A stretch of 64,000 nucleotides of DNA from Haliotis rubra (lineage: Eukaryota), in assembly GCF_003918875.1 (NCBI RefSeq), contig NW_025767113.1:1736001-1800000 (forward strand), given 5' to 3'. Below, piece after piece: positions 1 to 13,574 of the stretch. A program made the translations under genes and the position numbers. A model generated the notes under the pieces. That model ran no database searches and had not been told where the DNA came from. It saw only the letters and a list, made by a program, of their open reading frames with translations. The stretch's first letter is position 1, and each line of letters opens with the position of its first letter.

Positions 1-1380
1 AGGTGTGCGAGTTGTACGAGGTGTCCGGGGTGTGCTAGGTGTGCGAGGTGTACGGGGTGTGCAATGTGTGCGGGGTGTGCCAGGTGTGCGAGGTGCGCGG
101 AGTGTGCGGGGTGTGCGGAATGTGCACGGTGTGGGTGTGTGGGATGTGCACGGTGTGCGAGGTGTGCACGGTGTGCGGAGATGTGCACGGTGTGCGAGGT
201 GTGCGAGGTGTACAGGGTGTGCAAGGTGTATGTGTGTGCGCGGGTGTGCAGGGTGTGCGAGGGTGTGCAGGGTGTGCGGGGTGTGTAAGGTGTGCAGGGG
301 GTGTGCAGAGGTGTGCGAGGTGTGCGAGGTGTGCGGGCAGTGCGAGGTGAGCGGGGTGTGCACGGTGTGCGAGGGTTGCAGGGTGTGTGGGGTGTGCGAG
401 GTGTATGGGGTGTGCGAGGTGTATTTGTGTGCGAGGTGTGCGGATTGTGCGAGGTGTGCGGGGTGTACGGGTGTGCAGGGTGAAGGGGGTGTTGGAGGTT
501 TGCAGGGTGTAGGGGTGTGCGAGGTTAGCGGAGTGTGCGGGGTGTTCGAGGTGTGCGGGGTGTACGAGGTGTACTAGGTGTACGGGGTGTATAATATGAA
601 AGAAGAGGAAAATCACACTTGTTTTGCAATTATCAAAATTCCCAGGTGTGCGAGGTGTGCGGGATGTGCGGGGTGTGCGGCGTGAGCGAGGTGTGCAGGG
701 TGTGCAGGGTGTGCGAGGTGTGCAGGGTGTGCGAGGTGTATGTGTGTGCGGGGTGTGTGAGTGTGCGGGTGTGCGGGCAGTGTGCGAGGTGTGCAGGGTG
801 TGCACGGTGTGCGAGGGGTTGCAGGGGTGTGGGGTGTGCGAGGGTTGCAGTGTATGGGGTGTGCGAGGTGTAGGTGTGTGTGTGTGCGAGGTGTACTTGG
901 ATTGTGCGAGGTGTGCGGGGTGTACGGGTGTGCAGGGTGAAGGGGGTGTTGGAGGTTTGCAGGGTGTAGGGGTGTGCGAGGTTAGCGGAGTGTGCGGGGT
1001 GTTCGAGGTGTGCGGGGTGTACGAGGTGTACTAGGTGTACGGGGTGTATAATATGAAAGAAGAGGAAAATCACACTTGTTTTGCAATTATCAAAATTCCC
1101 AGGTGTGCGAGGTGTGCGGGATGTGCGGGATGTGCGGGGTGTGCAGGGGTGTGCGAGGTGTGCAGGATGTGCGAGGTGTGCGAGAGGTGTGCGTGCTGTG
1201 CGAGGTGTGCGGGGTGTTCACGGTGTGCGAGGGTTGCAGGGTGTGTGGGGTGTATGGGGTGTGCGAAGTGTATGGGGTGTGCGATGTGTGTGCGGGTGTG
1301 CAGGGGGTGTGTGCGGGGGTGTGCGAGGGGGGTGTTGGGTGTGCGAAGAGTGTGCGATCTATAGCCGACGGGGTGTATAA
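1..1380. repeat. GT-rich degenerate minisatellite (core GGTGTGCGA/GGTGTGCGG, ~9-10 bp) with an internal ~230-bp duplication
   Basis: Continuous gtgtgcgag/gtgtgcggg variants. Positions 442-671 recur at 899-1128 (offset 457), including an AT-rich insert of ~55 bp. The ORFs here are low-complexity artefacts. Confidence 0.95.
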
Positions 1381-1984
1381 GTGAGTATGATTGCCGATGC
1401 GTTTTGGAGAAAGTGCCTGCTTACTGTCGAGGAAATGATTTGTAGATATTGCAATAAGTTTTGATTTGTTGACCGTTTAGACCCGTGGAATGCCCCTGTC
1501 GATCGAATCTAGCCCTACATAGGTGCTGTCAACGTGGCTGGAATTAATAAACGAATTTAAAAGGTGAGTTTTCGCTGTCTTGGGTGATCCATGATTTTGA
1601 CTTGGAATTGCGGAGGTAGCTGTTTTCGGTGAGTCGTGGCGTATAACTTTTGAAGTAATGATCCGATTGTGACCATTTATAGCTCATTTTGTAGGGAGAT
1701 TATCTCGCTTTTGATCCATAGGCCTCGACCGGGCCTTAAAAATAGTTTACGTGGTGAAATCTAACTTTGATTGAGGAGGGGGTTCCGTCGTTACATCCCT
1801 TTCCTTTTATTTAGTACTAGGGTAGGGTCTATATACCTACATGTCTTTCTAACGGTGTTTCTAAGCGTGACACGCCCCTGTGGTATACAGAGTAAAACTC
1901 GATTTGAACATTCATAAAATAGGCTAAGAAAATCACAAAAGTCATAAAACATCTTTTGACTTAAACAAACACGTACACAAACAT

Positions 1985-2350
1985 AGCGTATCCAAAGTGT
2001 CCATATTCAGTGTGTCCGGGAGTTGTGGGAAATGTAGACGTTAATAGGACTTATCAACATTATCTGACAAAAATGATAATGATGATGATATACATCGAGT
2101 ACTATAACAAAGGGGAAGCATACGGTATTTAAAGCACAATACGATAAAATAATTGGACACGTTTCTGTAATCATAAGAAACAACACAAACATAAGATATT
2201 GCCATACAACGAATGACACGGGGCATACGTCTTGTCATGTTTGAGTCAAATTTGGAAATGTACACTTGTCTACCATGAAACGTTCGGAACACTTTACTGA
2301 GACTTTGAAAGGCACAATACAAACAATAGCGTTTTGAGTCTCCAAATAAA
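1985..2350 (-). mobile_element. Penelope-like retroelement 3' remnant (RT thumb C-terminus)
   Basis: Minus frame reads LSKVFRTFHGRQVYISKFDS, like the PLE motif L.K.F..FYGRH...SK(F/Y). The DNA resembles 56560-56630 (gtctaccat(g/a)aaacgt...ctttactgag). Confidence 0.65.
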
Positions 2351-2543
2351 CAATGGCATTTAGAAAGTAGTAGAATGCACAATATGGTATATTTGGGATT
2401 GCACTTCAGTAAAGTACAGATTCTACTAAATATTGGGACTTGGGTTTCGTTCGAGATTCGAACCAACAATCACAATGCTGTGAAAAGAGTCATTTTGAAA
2501 CCACAAGTGTTCATAAACGTTCAATCTTTTCAGTTGTGTAGTT

Positions 2544-5500
2544 GCTCAAAACAATTGACCAACACATCGTCTAAACATGGTTGGCAACAACAAATCTTGG
2601 TGCAGTGTACCAACACATCGTCTAAACATGGTTGGGAACAACAAGGCTCAGAACAGTGTACCAACACATCGTCTAAACATGATTGGCAACAACAAGGTTC
2701 AGTGCAGTGTACCAACACATTGTCTAAACATGACTGGCAACAACAAGGCTCAGTGCAGTGTACCAACACATCGTCTAAACATGGTTGGCAACAACAAGGC
2801 TCAGTGCAGTGTACCAACACATCGTCTAAACATGGTTGGCAACAACAAGGCTCAGTGCAGTGTACCAACACATCGTCTAAACATGGTTGGCAACAACAAG
2901 GCTCAGTACAGTGTACCAACACATCGTCTAAACATGATTGGCAACAACAAGGCTCAGAACGGTGTACCAACACATCGTCTAAACATGATTGGCAACAACA
3001 AGGCTCAGTACAGTGTACCAACACATCGTCTAAACATGGTTGGCAACAACAAGGCTCAGTACAGTGTACCAACACATCGTCTAAACATGATTGGCAACAA
3101 CAAGGCTCAGTGCAGTGTACCAACACATCGTCTAAACATGGTTGGCAACAACAAGGCTCAGTGCAGTGTACCAACACATCGTCTAAACATGGTTTGGCAA
3201 CAACAAGGCTCAGTGCAGTGTACCAACACATCGTCTAAACATGACTGGCAACAACAAGGCTCAGTGCAGTGTACCAACACATCGTCTAAACATGGTTGGC
3301 AACAACAAGGCTCAGAACAGTGTACCAACACATCGTCTAAACATGACTGGCAACAACAAGGCTCAGTGCAGTGTACCAACACATCGTCTAAACATGGTTG
3401 GCAACAACAAGGCTCAGTGCAGTATACCAACACATCGTCTCAACATGGTTGGCAACAACAAGGCTCAGTGCAGTGTACCAACACATCGTCTAAACATGAC
3501 TGTACCAACACATCGAACAACAAGGCTCAGTGCAGTGTACCAACACATCGTCTCGAGTACGGTGTACCAACAACATGGTTGGCAACAACAACGCTCAGTG
3601 CAGTGTACCAACACATCGTCTAAACATGGTTGGGTACAACAACAAGCTCAGTGCAGTGTACCAACACATCGTCTAAACATGGTTGGCTAGAACAACAAGG
3701 CTCAGTACAGTGTACCAACACATCGTCTAAACATGGTTGGCAACAACAAGGCTCAGTACAGTGTACCAACACATCGTCTAAACATGGTTGGCAACAACAA
3801 GGCTCAGTGCAGTGTACCAACACATCGTCTAAACATGACTGGCAACAACAAGGCTCAGTGCAGTGTACCAACACATCGTCTAAACATGGTTGGCAACAAC
3901 AAGGCTCAGTGCAGTGTACCAACACATCGTCTAAACATGACTGGCAACAACAAGGCTCAGTGCAGTGTACCAACACATCGTCTAAACATGGTTGGGAACA
4001 ACAAGGCTCAGTCCAAACAGTGTACCAACACATCGTCTAAACATGACTGGCAACAACAAGGCTCAGTGCAGTGTACCAACACATCGTCTAAACATGGTTG
4101 GCAACAACAAGGCTCAGTGCAGTGTACCAACACATCGTCTAAACATGGTTGGCAACAACAAGGCTCAGTGCAGTGTACCAACACATCGTCTAAACATGAC
4201 TGGCAACAACAAGGCTCAGAACAGTGTACCAACACATCGTCTCAACATGATTGGCAACAACAACGCTTAGTGCAGTGTACCAACACATCGTGTGAACATG
4301 GTTGGGAACAACAAGGCTCAGTGCAGTGTACCAACACATCGTGTGAACATGGTTGGCAACAACAAGGCTCAGTACAGTGTACCAACACATCGTCTAAACA
4401 TGGTTGGGAACAACAAGGCTTAGTGCAGTGTACCAACACATCGTCTAAACATGACTGGCAACAACAAGGCTCAGTGCAGTGTACCAACACATCGTCTAAA
4501 CATGGTTGGGAACAACAAGGCTCAGTACAGTGTACCAACACATCGTCTAAAAACATGACTGGCAACAACAAGGCTCAGTGCAGTGTACCAACACATCGTC
4601 TAAACATGGTTGCAGCAACAACAACAAGGCTCAGTGCAGTGTACCAACACATCGTAAAACATGGTTGGCAACAACAAGGCTCAGTACAGTGTACCAACAC
4701 ATCGTCTAAACATGGTTGGCAACAACAAGGCTCAGTACAGTGTACCAACACATCGTCTAAACATGACTGGCAACAACAAGGCTCAGTACAGTGTACCAAC
4801 ACATCGTCTAAACATGACTGGCAACGACAAGGCTCAGTGCAGTGTACCAACACATCGTCTAAACATGACTGGCAACAACAAGGCTCAGTACAGTGTACCA
4901 ACACATCGTCTAAACATGGTTGGCAACAACAAGGCTCAGTGCAGTGTACCAACACATCGTCTAAACATGGTTGGGAACAACAAGGCTCAGTGCAGTGTAC
5001 CAACACATCGTCTAAACATGACTGGCAACAACAAGGCTCAGTGCAGTGTACCAACACATCGTCTAAACATGGTTGGGAACAACAAGGTTCAGTACAGTGT
5101 ACCAACACATCGTCTAAACATGACTGGCAACAACAAGGCTCAGTGCAGTGTACCAACACATCGTCTAAACATGGTTGGCAACAACAAGGCTCAGTGCAGT
5201 GTACCAACACATCGTCTAAACATGGTTGGGAACAACAAGGCTCAGTACAGTGTACCAACACATCGTCTAAACATGGTTGGGAACAACAAGGCTCAGTACA
5301 GTGTACCAACACATCGTCTAAACATGACTGGCAACAACAAGGCTCAGTACAGTGTACCAACACATCGTCTAAACATGATCGTCTAAACATGACTTGGCAA
5401 CAACAAGGCTCAGTACAGTGTACCAACACATTGTCTAAACATGACTGGCAACAACAAGGCTCAGTACAGTGTACCAACACATCGTCTAAAACATGACTGG

Positions 5501-7420
5501 CAACGACAAGGCTCAGTGCAGTGTACCAACACATCGTCTAAACATGACTGGCAACAACAAGGCTCAGTGCAGTGTACCAACACATCGTCTAAACATGACT
5601 GGCAACAACAAGGCTCAGTGCAGTGTACCAACACATCGTCTAAACATGGTTGGCAACAACAAGGCTCAGTGCAGTGTACCAACACATCGTCTAAACATGA
5701 CTGGCAACAACAAGGCTCAGTGCAGTGTACCAACACATCGTCTAAACATGGTTGGGAACAACAAGGCTCAGTACAGTGTACCAACACATCGTCTAAACAT
5801 GGTTGGGAACAACAAGGCTCAGTACAGTGTACCAACACATCGTCAAAACATGGTTGGGAACAACAAGGCTCAGTACAGTGCAGTACCAACACATCGTCTA
5901 AACATGGTTGGGAACAAAAAGGCTCAGTACAGTGTACCAACACATCGTCTAAACATGGTTGGGAACAACAAGGCTCAGTACAGTGTACCAACACATCGTC
6001 TAAACATGGTTGGGAACAACAAGGCTCAGTACAGTGTACCAACACATCGTCTAAACATGGTTGGAAACAACAAGGCTCAGTACAGTGTACCAACACATCG
6101 TCTAAACATGGTTGGGCAACAACAAGGCTCAGTACAGTGTACCAACACATCGTCTAAACATGGTTGGCAACAACAAGGCTCAGTACAGTGTACCAACACA
6201 TCGTCTAAACATGGTTGGGAACAACAAGGCTCAGTATCGTCAGTGTACCAACACATCGTCTAAACATCATGGTTGGTTGGAACAACAAGGCTCAGTACAG
6301 TGTACCAACACATCGTCTAAAACATGGTTGGGAACAACAAGACTCAGTACAGTGTACCAACACATCGTCTAAACATGGTTGGGACAACAACAAAGCTCAG
6401 TACGGTGTACCAACACATCGTCTAAACATGGTTGGGAACAACAAGGCTCAGTACAGTGTACCAACACATCGTCTAAACATGGTTGGGGAACAACAAGGCT
6501 CAGTACAGTGTACCAACACATCGTCTAAACATGGTTGGCAACAACAAGGCTCAGTACAGTGTACCAACACATCGTCTAAACATGACTGGGAACAACAAGG
6601 CTCAGTACAGTGTACCAACACATCGTCTAAACATGGTTGCGGTGGGGAACAACAAGGCTCAGTACAGTGTACCAACACATCGTCTAAACATGGTTGGGAA
6701 CAACAAGGCTCAGTACAGTGTACCAACACATCGTCTAAACATGGTTGGGAACAACAAGGCTCAGTGCAGTGTACCAACACATCGTCTCAACATGGTTGGC
6801 AACAACAAGGCTCAGTACAGTGTACCAACACATCGTCTAAACATGGTTGGCAACAACAAGGCTCAGTACAGTGTACCAACACATCGTCTAAACATGGTTG
6901 GGAACAACAAGGCTCAGAACAGTGTACCAACACATCGTCTAAACATCGTTGGCAACAACAAGGATCAGTACAGTGTACCAACACATCGTCTAAACATGGT
7001 TGGGAACAACAAAGCTCAGTGCAGTGTACCAACACATCGTCTAAACATGACTGGCAACAACAAGGCTCAGTGCAGTGTACCAACACATCGTCTAAACATG
7101 GTTGGCAACAACAAGGCTCAGTACAGTGTACCAACACATCGTCTAAACATGATTGGCAACAACAAGGCTCAGTGCAGTGTACCAACACATCGTCTAAACA
7201 TGACTGGCAACAACAAGGCTCAGTGCAGTGTACCAACACATCGTCTAAACATGGTTGGGAACAACAAGGCTCAGTGCAGTGTACCAACACATCGTCTAAA
7301 CATGATTGGCAACAACAAGGCTCAGTGCAGTGTACTACCACATCTTCTAAACATGGTTGGGAACAACAAGTCTCAGTACAGTGTACCAACACATCGTCTA
7401 AACATGGCTCGAGAACAACA
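2544..7420. repeat. 51-bp tandem satellite, ~95 copies (TGTACCAACACATCGTCTAAACATGGTTGGCAACAACAAGGCTCAGTGCAG)
   Basis: Directly visible, with a 17-aa period in three open frames. Occasional indels shift the frame, and the first and last units are degenerate. Confidence 0.98.
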
Positions 7421-7779
7421 CGTTCCTTTAGTAGGCGCACATTCAGAAGATAGCAAAGACTGAATGAATGTTGTACTCTGGCGGTATTCTAGCGTCATCA
7501 CCTTGGTATGCAAATAGTATGGGCCGGGCAAACCAGTGACCCGCCCCGTGGACATGCACCAACCACCTGGCATCTCGATCCTAGTGTCGTGGTATCTTCT
7601 CATCACGACTTGGGACCTACCGGAAGCAGGAGACCAGCAGCATCTGGGGGCATCTATTCGGTTTCAGTTATTGACGCTCGATGAAGCGTGACGACACGTA
7701 TAACTCGATAAAGCCTAACTGTTAATATACAAACAGCTGTTTCTCTGACAACTGCAGAAAAAGAAACAAGCACTCCGTG

Positions 7780-7880
7780 GGGTTGTGGTGGGCGAACTGT
7801 CCAAAGCGCCAGGCTAGTGATCCAGCGAGCTTGAGGTGACGGGATCGAGCCCACCTGTGACCGGGTGTAAAATATCTTGG
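7780..7880 (+). mobile_element. Degenerate tRNA-derived SINE head or tRNA pseudogene
   Basis: GGTTGTGGTGGGCGAACTGTCCAAAGCG...GGGATCGAGCCCACCTGTGACC has A-box-like and B-box-like motifs at tRNA spacing and a decayed acceptor stem. Confidence 0.45.
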
Positions 7881-10800
7881 AGTGCAGACTCATTCCGTGT
7901 TGTCACAATCCCTAGTGTACAGTACGCAACCCCTAGTACAACTAAAACTGTGTACTATGCCATGCCCTCCTCCCCTACTTGGTCTCACCCCTGTATCCAG
8001 TATGTTCCTTTAACTGCCTATACAAGATCACAGTTGCTTTTCTTTACCGCTTTCCGTCATATCTGAAACCTCATCTTAAATCTGCCCATTTCAGCTTAGA
8101 GCTTTTGAACACAAGAAGTCAGATACCGTTGGCATCCGTCAAACATGAATACGTGTTACATATGTTTCTAGTTAGCAATGGTAAGTTACAACTTGCATAT
8201 GTTGATGTTTAATGTATTGACATGACTTATGGTCTTCATGTCAGTCACTGCCATATCACCCATGTCTTGCCATAAACAAGTTGACGGTTCATGTTAATAT
8301 GCATCTAGAAAATGGATATTGAAGCGTCAGTTTAAGACATTTTTAGATATTGTATATATATATATATATATGTGGTGAGCCACATTGTCAAAATAGGGTA
8401 TCTATCTGCCAGTTCGCCTAATCCACATTTTGTATTCCATAAATGTAAAAGTATCAAATTGTACTCAAACAACAAATTCGGTAAGAAAAAGTGTCTTTGA
8501 GTGCATGGGTATTGGTTTGCTTTTTCAGAAGGCGTGTATATCAGAAATGGACTACACATATTGCCTTAAAAGTAGGGATTCGAACTATGACGATCGAACA
8601 CCATACCAACTAGACTACCCTTTTTGACGCGTGAGCATTGATTCTGGGTAGATAGCTAGAGGTTTTGTTGTAATGTTTCAGTATGGTTCATGTCGCTGTC
8701 ATTCCCAGTCGTATTCAGCTTGAGCGACTGTTCAATACACAAGGGCTGGCTAATTCATTAGGGATACAATGACACACCGATCATGACCATCCGATCAACT
8801 CCTCGACTGCCAATGGCTCCAATGTAATTGACTTGTATGAGATTTAGGGAAACTCTCTACGAACATCTCCTCATCTTGCTGAAACAACGCTTGTTCATTG
8901 TGTATAACATTGCCATTTTGTTTGGACAGTGTTGAGATTAATACCAGGATCTTTCGTGAGGTGTGTACAGCGACCAAATTGAATCGACGTTCGTTTGGCT
9001 GCAGTAGAAAAATCAAGTATTTAGTTTAACTTCTTTATGTTACGAAGCAGCATTTAATCCATATTTTTGATTCAGTTATGATTTTTTAGGGGTTGTGAAT
9101 GTCATGGTGAAAAGCAAAAAACGATATCTGACAGGCACAGGCGCCTGGGTGACAGACGTTCATTGGATATATCCTCGGAGCAATCAGCCTTTCGTCAGTC
9201 AGGAACCAAGACTGAGCTAGCAGGATGACATTTAAATGTCACGGTTAAATCTATACCCCATTGGACAAGTGAAACGAAATTTCATTCCCTGACTGAAGCA
9301 AGTATGTCCAGCTACATGAGTGAGAGGATCCATGCCGTGGGCCATGCGTGATGGATGGGTGGTAACAAGCAGTAGCTATCAGGAATACACATGAAGAAGC
9401 ACAACTCCATATCATATACAGCCTGGTCCAGGCATGTCACGGTTAATAATTAAACTGACATGGCCACAGATAATAACTCCATTGACATGACCACGGAAAA
9501 GAACTAAATCGACTGCGAGGAGAGTTAAGCCAGGAGAGTTAGATAAGAGTGCATCTCTCCTGCACAAGTCGGTGATCTGGATCTAGAAAATGTAAATATC
9601 ACAATATTGTGTGTGTGCGCGCGCGTGTGCGTCACTTAAGGGTTGCACGTGTAGTTGTTTGTGCTCGGTGGAGGAATAAACCCTCTGAAACAACGTTCAT
9701 CACCAATGTAAAGTGGGCAGTTGTCTAAGTGATGAATTCAGTTCTGACAAAATGCCTTCACAGCATACATACATACAGTTCCCTTTGGGGTTTTCACGAT
9801 AGTATCACATTCGAAGTTGAAATCTCAAGTAGGTATTTCGGATTAAAACAACATCCAACAGTCTGTATCAAAGCAGCGTTATTCCCCCGTTGTGTCGTAA
9901 AGATGCATGAGCTGAATAAACTCAAACATCTTGAAGAATGTTGGGGATAAGAACAAAGTCCGTGATCCTCGGTGCCAACAAACATTACTTACAGCAACAG
10001 TTGCTTTAGCTTGAACAGTATTACCGACATTATTCGACCTTGTTTATACTTCATTTGAAGTCATAATCTTTCCAGATAGCTGAAAGAGACAATATCATGA
10101 GAATATTCTACAAATCACTGTCAACTGGGAAAAAAAATATCATCATCCACGAACTATTTTCAGCCTGTTTGTTTGTTTTTTCGCGCACTAGAAGGTTGTA
10201 ACCTTGGCTGTCCTTCCTAGAAAGGTTGCTCAATCCATGTTCACTGACGCTGTAAATTAATGTAATCAGATAGCATTGAAGAAAAACCCAGCTGCAGCAC
10301 CCGAGGACATCATGATATGTTCCCTACAACATTTTATCATTGTGGTGTTTAGTTTTTTATATCTACGGCAGTCGTTGCACACTTCTGACGGCAATGCGTG
10401 TTATGGGTCACCTGTATGTTAGTCCATATAATCATAGCGTATCGCAATATTACCTAACTAGGGGTTACTTAGAAATAACCCATACCATCCATACACTGTG
10501 ATGAATAAATAAGACATGTTATCTTAAAGTGAATCTGAAATCTTTAAAGTGAGAGAATATTAATCCAGTCCCATGTAAACACCTTGGCATCTGTACGCAA
10601 TTACAATAATTGATTAATGAATAACGCAAGCCAACTTTTGGCACAAACTCAGTATGGTGTGACTGTATAACATCATCACCGTCTTCACCGTGCTTCTAGT
10701 TCTCACTCCGAGTTTCTTTCATGGCACGACCCCGAGTATGTAGAGAGCGTCATGGAATAAGATAATTATAACATTTTCTGGAATGTGCCATAGACTCACT

Positions 10801-10904
10801 CATGGCAACATACCTGATTTGACCTTTTTGATGAATTCAGTGAAACCATTGACACCATCAACTTCTCTTTCCTTTTTACAAAGATTCAGTAAAGATGACA
10901 AAGT

Positions 10905-11545
10905 CCTTTCCATGGTTTTCCAGTCCACGCGGTATTACCTAATACATTATGTTCCTTTTCAAATGTAGTTCCTTTCTACACAGTGATCCTTTCCACGTGG
11001 TGTACCACGATGTTTTCTTACACATGGTGCCCCGTCCACCTGATGTTCCCTTATACATGATGTTCCCTTCCACGTGATGTTCCCCTCCACAGTATGTTAC
11101 CTTACATGTGGTGTTCCCTTATACATGATGTTGTCCTCCACTTAGTGTTCCCTTCCCCATAATGTTTCGGTCCATATGGTGTTCCTCTCCAAACACAATG
11201 CCCCACCCCACCCCCACCCCACCCCACCCCACCCCAATCATGGTGTTCCCTATCACACAATGTTTCTTTCTACAGTGTTCCCTCCACGTGGTGCTCCCTT
11301 CTACGTGGTGTTCCCTTCCACGCGTTGCCCCTTTCTACGTGATGTTCCCTTCTACGTTGTGCTCCCTTCTACTTGGTGTTCCTTTCTGCGTGATGTTCCC
11401 ACCTACGTGGTGTTCCCCTCGACGTGATGATCACTTCCACATGGTGTTCCATTCTACTTGGTGTTCCCTTCTACGTGATGCTCACTTCCACATGGTGTTC
11501 CCCTCGACGTGATGTTCACTTCCACCTAGTGTTCCCTTCCACATG
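10905..11545. repeat. Degenerate ~20-bp minisatellite (CCACGTGGTGTTCCCTT core) with an internal (CCCCA)n tract
   Basis: Recurrent gtg(g/a)tgttccc(t/c)t(c/t)(c/t)ac units. Confidence 0.85.
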
Positions 11546-12452
11546 ACATCTTTGATGAAGTTTAAATACTCTCAGAGCGACATTAAACCCAACTCACCCT
11601 CACCTTCTTGCAACACTATTACCATAGCGAATATATCAAGAGAGTAATTAGTGTTTAAAACGTCATTTCTGTCGTTCGGCATGCTATATTCAGGGCAATT
11701 ATATTCTAATAATTTTTCACTTCATTTCCCGCAACAAAATGTATTTCTGCCAAAACCTCCGTTTTTCCAACAAGACAAGAAATGAAGCCAAATTGTAAAT
11801 GTCACATGATCAATTATTTACCACAAGGATGAATGTTCAGCGTCTATGTGGGGGACGATTTTCATATCAGTTGCTTGTTCGGTTTAAGTTCAATGACTAT
11901 CAAAAAGCAACATGTTTCTCATTCGAGAAAGAGGTTTTTTAAAATAATTTATCAAACCTTTTCCTTTCTTTATCGACCTGTCAACTTTTGAAAGCTCTTC
12001 TTCGATGAGATTTTTATATTGTGGATAAGAATTACATTTTGGATTTGGACTCAAATTTCGAAAGAAATTCCTGCGATTTTTTGTGTGTTAAGTGTATTGT
12101 TTCGGGGAGGGCTTATGTTCAGGTTAGATCTTAAAATACAGATGGGAAAATTAAATGTCATTATCTGTAAGTGGCATCATTATAGCATTCGTGTTCTCCG
12201 TTAAATGCGCGCGAAAGCCATGATTATGTCCTGAACGTGTTCCTACCTGGCGGAGAGGGCGAAAAAAGACAGGGAGTTTCAGCGAAACCTTCTCCGATGA
12301 CGTAATACTTGAAGTAAATGATGGTTTCCTCTGTGATTCATGTTTAGCTGTAAAATGATGCGCGCTCATTACTTTTTGTAGTGTTTTGAGGAGTTTGGTC
12401 AACAATTCTTTCCACAGTAATGTAGCTGTAAGGCTTCGGGATAAACTTGCAT

Positions 12453-13042
12453 TAACCGTATTACGTTACATTCCTCACTCACCAGACATGTCCTGCACTA
12501 ACCGTATTGCGTTACATTCCTCACTCACCAGACATGTCCTGCACTAACTGTATTGCGTTACATTCCTCACTCACCAGACATGTCCTGCACTAACCGTATT
12601 ACATGTACATTAACATCAGCTTTGCATGTCCTGATATCAATCAGGAGAAGCGCCAGGCACTAACCGTGTTACATGTACTTTAACATCGGCTTTGTATGTC
12701 CTAATATCAGTCAGGAGAAGCGCCAGGCGCTAGCTGTATTACATGTACATTAACATCAGCTTTGTATGTCCTGATGTCAGTGTCACCTACGTTAAAGTGA
12801 GTGGTATCATCTACGTAGATTAACGTAGCTGTGTATGTCCTGATGTCAGTGTCACCTACGTTAAAGTGAGTGGTATCATCTACGTAGATTAACGTAGCTG
12901 TGTATGTCCTGATGTCAGTGTCACCTACGTTAAAGTGAGTGGTATCATCTACGTAGATTAACGTAGCTGTGTATGTCCTGATGTCAGTGTCACCTACGTT
13001 AAAGTGAGTGGTATCATCTACCTAGATTAACGTAGCTGTGTA
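12453..13042. repeat. Compound tandem array: 46 bp x3, 70 bp x~2.5, 69 bp x4
   Basis: Unit starts are 12453/12499/12545, then 12591/12661/12731, then 12763/12832/12901/12970. Confidence 0.95.
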
Positions 13043-13574
13043 TATGATTATATTTAAACTGTTACATGGACACGCTTCTCAGCTTCGGGCTTCTGGACAT
13101 ATGTTTTACAGTTTTCAGAACATATATGTTACACTTGACTCGTTCCTGTTGCCTGTTGAGTAGCTTAGTTTAGTAACACTTAGTAGTCAAAGTTATTGTA
13201 TTTGACATGTATACCACGTGACCTGGAGTATTCTGGTGACCACAGGGCACGGTGTCCATGAACGTCAATAGATATAAACGTTGCCATTATGTATGCCACG
13301 AGACTTGTAGTAATTAGATACACATATGTAGCGACCATCTGACTGACAGTTGGGAATGTTGTAAGTTGACGTGACTGACAGTTGGATATTCTGTAATAAG
13401 CTCATCTCAATCCCCAAGGAGTCCAGCTCCGTAGATAACATCTGTTCACCCACTCGGTTAACGTCCACATTTATGTCAAGGTAGACATGTAACCGAGGAC
13501 ATTATGCCAATAATATGTTCACATTGAATCGGGAGTGATTCTTTTTTTTACGTGACCGTATTAACATCAAATTT

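Noticed and set aside
5-1384. Cys-, Val- and Arg-rich ORFs (metallothionein- or keratin-like appearance)
   Set aside because: They are translations of a low-complexity GT repeat that is open in most frames.
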